From contig NC_042998.1 in NCBI RefSeq assembly GCF_006345805.1, positions 37,448,001 to 37,481,000 of the forward strand: 33,000 nt of DNA, in the 5' to 3' direction. The number at the start of each line of letters is the position of its first letter. Position 1 is the first letter of the stretch. Both the position numbers and the translations under genes were made by a program. Source of the stretch: Octopus sinensis (lineage: Eukaryota). The notes beneath the pieces are model-generated. The model had not been told where the DNA came from. It made no database searches and was given only the letters and a program-made list of their open reading frames with translations. Of this stretch, positions 21,285 to 32,560 are shown in pieces.

Positions 21285-22450
21285 TGTCGTTGCACAGCCT
21301 CTAGATGTACAACAGTACCAGCTGTTTATTATCAGTGAACCATCCGGAGTATTAAAGCTGTTCCAAGAAGTGCTATTTTCTGCAAGTGCTCCACCCTTAT
21401 TGCAGCCCCTATTTGTTCAATGTACTTCTCAAGATTTTTGTTCACTGTTCCAAGGGCTTCGAAAATTATTGGTACTACTACCATCTTTTTCAACGACCAC
21501 AACTGCTTAACCTCCCAAGCTAACCTGTCATATCCATCAACTTTTCTTTCTTCCTTATCGCTTACCCTGTGGCCAGCTGGACATGTTATATCTATGATCC
21601 AGTATCATTTTCTTTCTTTCTCAATTAACACTATGTGTGGTTTTCTATTCTCTATTTTACGGACGCACTCAGTCATAAAATCCCATAGGATCATTGCATT
21701 ATCATGTTCGATGTTGTCTTCAGGTTTATGCTCGTACCACTTTTTTGCTCTGTCAAGTCCATACTTGTTTCAAAGTGCCCAATGGACAATCCTTGCCATA
21801 TTGTCATGACCTTTCATATACTCTTTCTGGGCTACTGACGTACATTGACTGGTTTTATGCCATACGGTTTCACTATTTTGTCCATAGATTTTGTACTTAT
21901 AATTTTCTGGTGTGTTGTCTATTCTCTATTTTATGTAGTTTGTTCTTAGTGCTTGCCCTTGGGCAGCAGATTAGTACCTCCATTTCCGGTTTTAAAACAC
22001 TTTTGGTCATCCGCAGCCATCTTTTTTCTCTGTCTGTCTTATCCTCAACATCCCTATGAAATTGACCATGCATTCTTTTCTGTACCCATCTAGTTTCAGT
22101 TTCAATCGTTTTCAATTTTTTGTGTGGTGCTTTATCTTTGCAATCTTTGCAAACCTGACCTTCCTACTTCTAATAATAGCGGTTTTGTGGTATTTTTTAC
22201 ATACCATTCTATGTTTTTTTTCTGCTCTAATGCTGTGTTCGCATCCAATAAGTCCTTTCCTTCTTTTTCTTGGTACATACAGTATGTCTGTGTCACTTTT
22301 TGGGTTGAGTGACCCATATCTAGTTAGCAACTCCCTTTCTTTCTGTCTAAACTGTTTAGTTCATCTACTGTCCATGAGATTACTCCTGCTCCATATCCTA
22401 GGAGTGAAACCGCCCAGGTGTTGGTAGCCTCGATCTTATTCCGTCCATTT
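21285..22450 (-). mobile_element. 5'-truncated R4/Dong-like LINE (post-RT, degenerate Zn knuckle, RLE endonuclease, 3' UTR)
   Basis: LNGRNKIEATNTWAVSLLGYGAG..SWTVDELNSLDRKRRELLTRYGSLNPKSDTDILYVPRK...RWVQKRMHGQF...ETVWHKTSQCTSVAQKEYMKGHDNMARIVHW...ILWDFM...NRKPHIVLI...IIDITCP...VVPIIFEALGTV...LQKIALLGTALILRMVH*. (TAA)n on both sides. Confidence 0.92.
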
Positions 22451-22451
22451 A

Positions 22452-22490
<39 letters not shown>

Positions 22491-22516
22491 TTATTATTAT
22501 TATTATTATTATTATT
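22450..22516. repeat. (TTA)n array
   Basis: Direct reading. Confidence 0.98.
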
Positions 22517-23005
22517 GAGTGAGAGAACAGTGCATGCCATCAAAGTAACATTGGGGTAAAATTTACGAAGCCCAGTATACCCATCATGACTACCCGTCTG
22601 ATAAGGGTACACCAGGAACATGCATCACAACCATATGTGAGCGACATGGTGATCTAATGTCAAGATAAACAGCACATGACCTTGCAGGTGGAGCCCAGTT
22701 AGAATTTTCTTCTGGTCGAGTAACCCATCCCGCTCAAAAGGTCCCTGAATAAGGGTGGTTTAAGGATGTTGAACAAAACACCCATGTTTCCAGAGGTGAA
22801 TTATTCAAACCTCTCAAAGAATCCCTCTCAACACATGGCTATGATGCTCTCCCACTACTTCTGCTCATGATCAGAGATGCACATATCGTCAGTCACTAAG
22901 GGACATGCTCAACTGGTTACGGTCAAACAACTGACAAGCAAATCTGTGGTATTGAGCAGATTATTTGCTATAGCCCATCTTTTATACCAAGGCAAAACAA
23001 CGTAC

Positions 23006-23007
<2 letters not shown>
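22517..23007 (-). mobile_element. Non-coding interspersed element flanked by (TAA)n, copy 2
   Basis: Reverse-complement homolog of 6739-7190, with ~20 extra 5' nt and an 18-nt segment that copy 1 lacks. Confidence 0.9.
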
Positions 23008-23043
<36 letters not shown>

Positions 23044-23057
23044 TATTATTATTATTA

Positions 23058-23099
<42 letters not shown>

Positions 23100-23128
23100 C
23101 ATCATCATCATCATCATTATCATTATTA

Positions 23129-23172
<44 letters not shown>

Positions 23173-23195
23173 TTATTATTATTATTATTATTGTT
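23008..23195. repeat. (TTA)n array with (TCA) insert
   Basis: Direct reading. Confidence 0.98.
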
Positions 23196-23199
23196 ATTC

Positions 23200-23410
23200 A
23201 GTAGTTTTATTTTTATAGTGTGCTTTCACTTCACTACCGAGCGCAGCTCTGTGTGCCTTGGGTATGTGCTGTGATTTGTTGTGATGCTCTGATGGTTATT
23301 GTATGGAAAGTGTTCTGCGTAGGATGTGTGCAGTGCCTAGTAGTGCAATTTTCTGTATGCTATATGTGTTTGTAAGTCCTGGTGTTTTTGTTATGTATTT
23401 GTCTGAATAT
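23200..23410 (-). mobile_element. R4/Dong-like LINE extreme 3' end (different family)
   Basis: YSDKYITKTPGLTNTYSIQKIALLGTAHILRRTLSIQ*, then ~95-nt UTR running into (TAA)n. Confidence 0.85.
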
Positions 23411-23499
23411 TTTTATTATCATTATTACTATTATTATTATCGTGGTTATCATCATCATTTTCATTTTTCTAAATCTCACACGCATGGATACTGAATGTC

Positions 23500-23860
23500 C
23501 CAGAATGGGAGCAATAAACGTAGAGAAAATTTCCCTATAGCTTCCTAAGCTATGCCTTACATAAACATGACGTTCCTTAAAATCCTTCTTATGCCAAGTA
23601 GTTCTGACTTCTGCTTGACCAAAAATCTTACTTCAATTCCAATTTTATATACACAGTCAGCGAAAGTGTATATTATGCATCTCAATGCTCTCATCGCCTT
23701 TGGAATCACAAAACCCTTCTGCATGCCCTACGATCTTGAAACCTACTCATTCAGTGGCTAATAATTCTTTCACATCTGGCATTTTTATCTTTCATTGTAT
23801 CTCCTGGGATAGGTATATCGATAATACTGGCAAACAAATTCTTTCTTTCTGCTGACCTAT
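23500..23860 (-). mobile_element. Degenerate R4/Dong-like 3' end
   Basis: SIIDIPIPGD...GFVIPKAMRAL...KIGIEVRFLVKQKSELLGIRRILRNVMFM* across frameshifts. Confidence 0.65.
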
Positions 23861-23994
23861 GTTTGAAACTTGTTTTAGAGTAATTCGAGGTCACTAAGTT
23901 TTAAAATGGCAATAGTATTTTTTTCTGTTACGTCTATGTTTTTTTCTATGGGCTGGCCCACATTGGTCCCACCCGCAGCTCCATATTTAAAACG

Positions 23995-25270
23995 CATGAA
24001 TTTCTCTGATTGTGATTGTTATATATGTGGATGTTTTACAGCCCCAAGTAAAAGAATGAACGTTAATGACATTGTGAAATGATCCTACTTGGCTTACTTA
24101 AAGATTAAAGTTGGTGATCAGGATATATCGTGGACCTGCACAATGTTTGTAAACCCTATGTCGAAAATCTACGCCAATGGACAAAGAGAAAAACTAATAT
24201 TTGACATTCCTATGATATGGTGGGAGCCAATGAACCATGTAAACGATCGCTACATTTGCCTCACAATGACTTCTGTTTATAGCAAGAGAACCTGACAGAA
24301 AATAGGTTACCCGAATCTGGATTCAGCAATTCATCCAGTTCTTCACCTAGATAGAATACCAGAACCCGTTTTTAAGGATCTATTTTCACTGGAAGATGAA
24401 AGTGCGGGTATATGTGAAGTAGATGTAAGACTTTGAAGAAACATCAACCAAAGAACGTGAGAACTTCCACCAGGCAGAACTTGATGATTTAGTTAGAGAC
24501 CTAGGATTGTCAAAAGAATTATCAGAACTATTAGCTTCTAGGCTTAAAGAGGAGAATTTGTTGCAGAAAGTGACATCTTATCAGAACAAGGAAAAAATCT
24601 TTTGGCATTTTTTACAACTGGAAAATATTTTATTAACTGTTGTGACCTGGCGGGACTGTTAAACTCGATGGATGTTGAACCGTAGGATTTTGTTTACTGT
24701 TGTGACATGACAGGATTGGTAAATGCGATGGATGTTGAACAGTACGATCCTAGTGAATGGAGACTCTTTATAAATAGTTCAAAGATGAGTCTAAAATGTG
24801 TATTACTCTATAATGGTAACTTGTTTGGTGAGATTCATGTTGGTTACTCTGTGCACTTATACGATAATTATAATTACACAATAGTTGTATTAAATTTACT
24901 TAAGTATGATAAACAAAAATGGGTCATATGTGTGGATCTAAAAAAGGTCAACGTTTTACTTGGCCAACAAGGAGGGTATACACAATATCCGAGTTTCCTG
25001 TGTTTATGAGACAGCCAAGCGAGAGACAAACATTGGGAACAGAAACTCTGTCCAGTTACGAAAGGTTTGACTGTTGGGGAGAAGAATATCACACACCAAT
25101 CACTTGTTGAGCGAGAGAAAATCATCTTTCTACCCCTTCATATTAAACTAGGACTAATGAAGCGATTTGTCAAAGCTCTTAACTGTTTTAAATTCATATG
25201 TACAACATTTTCTGGACTAAGTTATGATAAAATAACAGCAGGTGTTTTTGAAAGGAAATCAACGGAGTAT
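23995..25270 (+). mobile_element. Chapaev-type (CMC superfamily, Chapaev3-like) DNA transposase pseudogene
   Basis: CYICGCFT...VK*SYLAYLKIKVGDQDISW; FDIPMIWWEPMNHVNDRYIC; YDPSEWRLFINSSKMSLKCVLLYNGN; WVICVDLK; LLGQQGGYTQYPSFLCL; KIIFLPLHIKLGLMKRFVKAL. Motif order is typical of Chapaev3 transposases; multiple stops and frameshifts; no TIRs identified. Confidence 0.8.
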
Positions 25271-25559
25271 AATTAGTCGTAATGTCCTAAATGCACAGAT
25301 GCATACTTTGAAAGACAGAGACTGGAAGAGCAACGTCCATAGCAGTAAACAGGTTTACGTGATTCAAATTCTGCATCCTGTTCATAGAGGGACTTGGTAA
25401 GGTCGATCATTTCTGGCAAAATAAATAAAACTATAACAGCTCTGAAACTCGCAAGAAAACTATATAAAAGGAGGGATTTTGTAAAAAAATCATTAATGTT
25501 TCTTTCCGGCAGAAGACAATCTAGGTGAGGCTAAAGAGAATAAAAGATTATATATATTA

Positions 25560-25752
25560 CTAATCATGTAAAGACAAAAGCGGATTAAATATCTCCTCAC
25601 GTCAATTACTACAACAAAATCTGTGGAATATATCAGGAGAGATTATCTGAATTGAGAATGGCAAAAGCCATGGCAGTATTTGGTTTACGTTTAAAACTGG
25701 AGTAGCAGATAAGACACAGGCTAAAATTGCCAGACATTACTCTAACTTTATA
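25560..25752 (+). mobile_element. Possible RTE-type LINE RT C-terminal remnant
   Basis: SGLNISS... and LRMAKAMAVFGLRLKL resemble GLxISxxKT and RIxKAxxAFGRL. Very degenerate. Confidence 0.35.
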
Positions 25753-26446
25753 ATGTGTGTGTGTGTGTGTGTGTGTGTAGGTGAAATCACAAGAGTCAGA
25801 ATAAGAGATTATGAGCACGATAGAAGCAAATATTTAGCAGTGAAATCTGTGTAGCAGTATAAGAAAGCAATCTAAGGGGGCTAACCGAAAGTTGACCTGT
25901 GCGTGGTCCGGAAGCTGCAAAATACATTCTAATGACCACATCAGGCCACGGAGACATGACGGAACTCAGTAGAGGGCGTTGAAGCCAAGAGCATGAGCTT
26001 GAGCATACAGTGTAGAGAGCTTTGTTGCTACATTCACCGAAGAAGAACCTAACCTGGTTGCTAAATAACCCGAAGAATGGGTGGGTTATGCAAAAAGAAT
26101 GAAAAATGAAAATACAGAACAGCATTTAAAGAATACAATTTCCAGAGGAGTACATGCCAAGTATGTGGTTATACGGAAAGAGTAAAATATCTTGAGATGT
26201 ATATTATAAATAAATGAGTAAGTACATCTTTTCCTAAAAGTACACATTTTCTTGCAGCGGGGAAGGAATATTTGCAGATGAAGTAAAACAAGGATATTTT
26301 CTGTTTGGTTGCATCTGTGGAAGTTTTAAAGATTTGTGAATACTTTAGAAGTTGTATTGATGGAATTTTCCACGCTAAATCTCTGGAGATAATCCACTTT
26401 TTCCAGAAAAAGTTTAAATAAAAGTTACACAGTTTTAAATGATTGA

Positions 26447-26498
26447 TCGATTGATTGATTCTAGTTTCAGCTCACGATCTGTGGCTATGCTGGGGCAC
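26447..26498 (-). mobile_element. SINE 3'-end fragment with (GATT) tail
   Basis: Reverse complement gtgccccagcatagccacagatcgtgagctgaaactagaatcaatc resembles the 3' end of 308-720 (gctccagcgtggccgccgtctaatgactgaaac). Confidence 0.55.
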
Positions 26499-27234
26499 GA
26501 TAAAGTTTTTTTTGTTTTTTTTTCTTTTTTTACCCAATCCGAAAACAAGATTTGAAAAAACTGTCCTTTTGTGCATGACAGTGCGTTTTGTCAACTGTAA
26601 ACAAACGAAATATTGGCCGGATTCTGCTTCACGCCTGTCATACAACCCCTCATAACACATTTTTTTGGGGGGGGGGATTTTCAGAAAACTTTTGCGATTT
26701 TTATTCTACACGCGGGAATTCATACAAGTATGTAAAAACAAAGAAAATATTTTTCGTGCGTTACTTAAGGCCCATTTATTTGTTATTTTTAGCATACTGC
26801 ATTTATTTTAAGCATTTAATAAGCAACAAATGGAACACGCGGTAAGGAGCTTAGTAATACACAGGCTTGTTACTATAGGAACAGCACTTATTCATCTGTG
26901 GCTTTCGACGAGTTAAAACTACTCAAAATTTGCAATCTTTCAAAGCTATTAACTCTCTATTAATTGATTTATGGCCAAAATGACTTTCATGCCAATGAGA
27001 ACTTTACAAAACTACACCAATACACCAAATATGTAATCAGTTGGAACAGAAATTGAAGAAACTGAAAAGTGAAAGCCAATGAGCAAGGAACTGAAAAAAT
27101 AATTGAAGTTCTCAAGACATGACGACAATTTCAAAGCAATACAAAAATGTGAATAGAACAAATTTTCCAAACAACATAGAAATCATCTTCCGGAAAGTAA
27201 CGAAAGACATGAAGAGAACGAAGATGAAACAAAA

Positions 27235-27990
27235 TTCATACATGTTAGGATACTGCCAAACTTTAATATGTTGGCCTGGTAATTTCTTGTAGGTAGACAT
27301 TGACCTTGAGCTGCTATGATAAATCCTTATGTTTCTGATTTTAAGCCAGAAGCCACTAACCATTAATGGGTAAGGGCTTTGTAAAAATCTGCACTATTAG
27401 CTCTCTTCGGTTATTTGCCATTGAGAGGTTTTTCTTGCCATTTGTCAGTAAGAATATCAAAGTCAGCGAAGTTAGCACGGGTTTTCATACGTTTAGCTTT
27501 CTTTGTGCTTGTTTCTGGTCTAATTCTGAAGTTTGTTGTATTTGGAATTCACTTAGATATACCTTTCCCAGTTTTGTTACTGAGTATGATGCTTTCTTGT
27601 TTTTATGCTGTAAGACAAGTTTTAACATCCAGTTCTCAGAGTTTTTCAGGTAGGTGTCAAGGCCAATTGTGGCAATCTTCATTGTTAATTCCAGTTGTAA
27701 ATGTCCACGGCCTCCCTCTTTTCTTGGCAGGTAAAGTTGTTCAATATCTGCCTTAGGGTTGTGCATTTTATGCTTGTCGTCTATTTTCGTATTTTCCCGT
27801 CAAGATTACATATTTCAGTAATTGACCAGCTAATGATATTGAAACTGTAATTCACGACTTTTATGGCTAAATTATTAATCGCTTCGATCTTGTTTCTTGC
27901 CTTTAGCTCTGTCTTGAGTATTTCTCCCACTCTGCGATAACATACTATTCTGATTCTTTCCCTCATTATTGAATGTTTGATTCCCTCCCC
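27235..27990 (-). mobile_element. R4/Dong-like LINE internal fragment (post-RT region)
   Basis: GIKHSIMRERIRIVCYRRVGEILKTELKARNKIEAINNLA...HNPKADIEQLYLPRKEGGRG.LQLE...KWQEKPLNGK*...WLVASGLKSE(fs)GFIIAAQGQCLPTRNYQANILK. Confidence 0.9.
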
Positions 27991-28001
27991 TTAAAATACT
28001 A

Positions 28002-28004
<3 letters not shown>

Positions 28005-28073
<69 letters not shown>
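28005..28073. repeat. (TTA)n array between two minus-strand LINE fragments
   Basis: Direct reading. Confidence 0.98.
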
Positions 28074-28074
<1 letters not shown>

Positions 28075-30045
28075 CTTGTTTATTATGAAAGACTCTCAGC
28101 TAGTTCTTAATTATCGGTTATTCTTTACTTGAAAGCAAGCAAAAACAAATCACGAAAGTTTTCAAGTAGTGCCTTCTGCTGTGACTCAAAGAGACAATAA
28201 TCTGCGTAGAATGCGACCTCTTCCCAACAATGCTGTCTTCTGGATCACCTCGAGCCTGACAGCAGCTCCAATATTCTGAATATGTTTTTCAAAGCCCTTG
28301 GAAACTGCTCCTAATGCACCAATTACCACTGGTATCACCATTACTTTCTTCATGCCCCATAACTTTCCTATCACGTGTCGCAGTGGCTGGTATTACTCAC
28401 TCTTTTCTATTTCCTTACATTTCACCCTCAAATCACTCGGTATTGCAACATCAAATATCTTTTCTTCTTTTCTCCCCTTGACATACCAATCCATGCTTTT
28501 CTTTTCTTCACTTAAACAACCTTCAAAACTCGCTAATACCCGTCCTCCCCCCTATACTTTACATACAATCTTGACATATCTTTTGGAGTGTAGCTCCTTG
28601 TTCACTGTCATTAATTTACGTGTTCTCCTGTCTGTCTCTTGTAATCCATGCTTCTTCCAAGATACTATTCTTGCCCCATATCTCATCGAAGCAACAGCGC
28701 ACATGTTAATTGCTCTTATAGCGGCCATTTAGCTTCGATTGGAGCACAAGCCGAGTTCTCGGCAAATACTCTTTCCTGTACATTTCTTTCATCTTGTGTT
28801 CATTCATCTTATCGCTTTCAATGATACCCAGGTACGTATATCCTTCCTCTCCAAATTCCCTTATAGTTTCACCACTTTCCAGTTTGATCTCATGGCTTTT
28901 ACTGATCTGATTTTTCCCCCTTTTGAAAATTATTACACCACATTTTTCGATCCCGAATTACCTGCCAATATTTTTGCTAATCTTATGCTGAGATGCCTCA
29001 AACTCTATTTCTTTCTGAGTCTTAGCGAATAGTTTCAGGTCATCCATAAACCACAAATTGTTTACTTTCACCCTCCCTTGCATTTACCATACGCGCATCT
29101 TTCTTAAAACGCTGGTTAGTAGCAAATACACAGACAACAAATAGGAGAGGCTACAGATTGTCCCTTTGAAAGAGTCCTCTTTTTATATTTACCTCTCCCA
29201 GCCTATCTCCCCATGCTGTGAGTTCAGTTCGCCACGTTGTCATTGAGTTTTGTATTAACTTCAAGATATAATGGGAGACTTAATCAGTTTAAGGCATTCA
29301 ATAATCCACGAATGTGCGACCATGTTATATGTTTTCCCTTAGCCCATCCATGCCATCGCTAAATTTTTGGGTCTCTTCTTGCAGTCAGCCAGGATAGACT
29401 TATTGATTAGTAATTGATACTTCCTTCCTCTGCTGTTACGTCTACGCCCTTTTTGTTTCACTGGTAGTAGATCTTTCTCATCTAGGTACTTATAGATGCT
29501 GTTTGATATGATGCCCGTCATCGATTTGCACATCGTTGGCAAACAAGACATTGGTCGGAAATTTGCAACCGCATTCCCTTTACTTGGATCCTTCTGTCAT
29601 AGTACCGTTCTTCCTTTTGTCATCCATGCCTGAACTTCAATGTCATTACTCAGTATTTCGTCCAGCTCTCTCGCAATTCCCCTATGCAGAGCTGTCAAGT
29701 TTTTAAACCAAAAGCCCTTAACCCCATCGGGGCCAGGCGCTTTCCAGTTAGGAATTTTCCTGCCCTGATCTCTAATCATCTCCTCGGTTATTCTCAAATT
29801 CTCCCACTGATACTCTCCACTCTCCTCTTTGAGCGTCTGTAACCATTCTGCTTCACTTTCGTATTGTTTCTCTTGAGACCATATGTTTGATCAAAATCTT
29901 TTACTTTCTGCAGCATCTTACATCTTCCTAAATGTCTGCTCTGAGAAAGCGGTCGGATGTTACCGAAACATTCAGCTCTGAGTGCGAAGTCTTTTTCTTT
30001 CTTGTTTTGAAAGAAATTGGCTGGAAACTCCTGTTCTTTTGTCAT
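28075..30045 (-). mobile_element. Largest R4/Dong-like LINE remnant: RT domain, post-RT deletion, RLE C-terminus, 3' UTR (pseudogene)
   Basis: NWKAPGPDGVKGFWFK...WMTKGRTVL...[11 protein letters not shown]...QLLINKSIL...NLAMAWM...KRGLFQRDNL*PLLF...FMDDLKLF (29050-29039)...YTYLGIIE...KEYLPRTRLVLQSKLNGR...RYGA...RLYV...IFDVAIPSD...VIPVVIGALGAV...IQKTALLGRGRILRRLLSL*. (TAA)n tail follows. Confidence 0.93.
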
Positions 30046-32560
30046 TAATTAATCGATAGTAGCCTCTGTATTCGCGGAACGCTTCGCTCTAAGCATGTGT
30101 ATACTGGGGTCTAAGTCAGTACTAGTATCGCTATTCTTAAGTGAAATTATAATATAAAAATATATATCGCTAAATATATATAGGAATAATTCATTGTTAG
30201 AAAATTGTCTAACGTATGACGTCATCAATATATGGGTATATATATGTGTGTGTATGCGTATGTGCGTCTGATTGTGTGTGAGATTGTGTGTGTTTATGTG
30301 TGTGTCATTTAGAAAATAAACCCTATACTCAGTCGGATACACCCGGTAGCATGTATTTGAAAAATCTCGTCCAAAATTACAGCTTTCTCCGTTTTTTCTA
30401 ATAAGGGTGCCAACTTCTAATATTTCAAAAACATTGGCAATAGACTTTATGAAGCTTTACAGGCATAGTGATATAATGTATTACATAAATGTGAGAGCCA
30501 TTAATGAAATATGCTGCATCATTTTTAGTGCTCTTAAGTAGAGTACTGTTGAAATTACATTCGAAATACAAACACTACAGCTTCTGAGTTTTCACCACGC
30601 TAGTCTCTGTATTTCACCGAAGAACTACGATTAAAATATAATTACCGTAAATTAATATCAATAGTTCTTCCCGTTTCAATTTTCTACTGCAAAAGCTCAA
30701 ACAGATAATTTGTTAATGAATAACCACAAACAATATAATGACATTTCAAATAAACTCATATAAAAACACATTATCAAAATATGAACACGTTGTACAGAGC
30801 AATGAGAAATATTGGTACATTATTGGAACAAACGTAAATGTATTTCAGAATGTACTTCGCACCACATGGTTTTAATATGTAATGATTTCATAAAAGATGT
30901 TTACACTCATTTATGTTGGAATCTCTCTATGTGGCGAGCTTAAAATAAAATCGTACCTCATTGACACTGTACATATATAAAGCACGAACAGGGTGTTACA
31001 AGACTGGAGAGGCGATATCTTCTCACCTAATCAACCATTAGAGGAGAACAATTTCAAATAGATTTATTCATTCTACAATTTGATCCATCAATGTCATCTC
31101 CTTGAAACATGCTGCAAAGTATCTACAAAACTATAAAACATTCAAACTCTTCGTGAAATCTTTGCAGTATTCCGTAATGGATGGTAACGAAATGCTCAGC
31201 AACAAAATTTACATTAAAGCCATTTACATAAAATTTACATCAAAGTAAATAATTTGAAATATGCATTCAGGTGCTTTCAAAATGGAAAGTAACAAACGCA
31301 AAACGCACCAAAAAATATACATCTAAAAACCAAAAAGTAAATAAATGAGTAGATAATATGAGATGTAAATGTAACATGTAAATGAAGAAAATTTAAACAC
31401 AATGTAAGAGATAATGTTCTAAATGGGAAAATGTATAGCTGATAATTACAGTAATAAATATTAGGAGTAACAAATAAAAATAGCTGAATATGATAAACTG
31501 GAAATAAAATGAATAAAATTCTTAACAAAGGAAACGAAGAACGTTATGCTTATTTAAAAACAATATGTGAAAATTGTAATAACATCTACTCCTTGGAGTA
31601 TCAAACTATTATAAGGGTTTTTATTACATTTAGGATATTAATAGAGAGGAAATCAGTGTAGCCCTGCGTATATTCGTTAAAGTTCGTTCTGAAAATGGAT
31701 TAGTCTGACAGAATCGATAAGTAAACCAAAATTAGCAATTTTATTGCTAATTAACTGTAGGAACGAAGAGTCGGTATATGTGATCATTACTCACAAATAT
31801 TCTTTCTTAATCACATATACGAAAATAAATGTAAAACAAAGCAACATAACGACCTAATCATGTGTAGACAGAGTAAGATGTACGAGTAATCGGAAAATAT
31901 TCCAAGTTATGTAAGATGCGAATATTCGCTGGAATCAGTTAATTACCCTCTCGTATACACTGATGGAACATTGAAATCTAAAAGTCAGGATATTATTAAG
32001 AATGAAGTCGAAAATGCTTTGTTAACCAAAGAAAAAGTGCTGGGAAAATGGATCAGAATGTTGCAGTATATACAACCATATTGCTAAATATTACTTCGTT
32101 TTAGAATCTGTTAACATATCTATGATATTAACACAAGGTGTCGCCTTTAGAAGAGGGATACATCTGTCTATAACAACCTGAATACTTAACAAGTACATTA
32201 GGACATTATTTCCTCGACTTCGTAAGCATCAAAGTTCAGAGCCAAATTTGTGCTGGAAATATGTAGTAGAGATAACTAAATATCTCAACGTAATTTGTTC
32301 GATGCTGTTAATATTCCAACAACACCAAATTCACAAACGTTATTGATATATAACTAAGAGAATTCGAATGTGTTGAATTGGAAGTCGAAAGACCAGAAGG
32401 ACACAGCTGAGAATGTAGAAGATCGAAGCGAAAAACTTTACATTTGCCTTTATACAACACAGTCCAAATTCAAAAGAAGAAAGATGTTTTATTTTTTTAT
32501 TTTTAGTTCTCGCATTGAATATGGTGAAAAATCAATTCTTCTGGTTGCATTTTCTATTAC

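Noticed and set aside
1409-23218. Many ORFs of 60-180 aa with YIYI, HTHT, CVCV, poly-I, poly-L, poly-R or poly-N runs
   Set aside because: They are translations of microsatellites, which lack stop codons in some frames; no coding evidence.
24636-24755. Direct repeats considered as a CRISPR-like array
   Set aside because: Only two adjacent diverged units with no spacers, inside a eukaryotic transposase remnant.
26540-26775. Possible MITE or Kolobok-like end near ttaaggccc
   Set aside because: No matching inverted terminus or second copy in the window.
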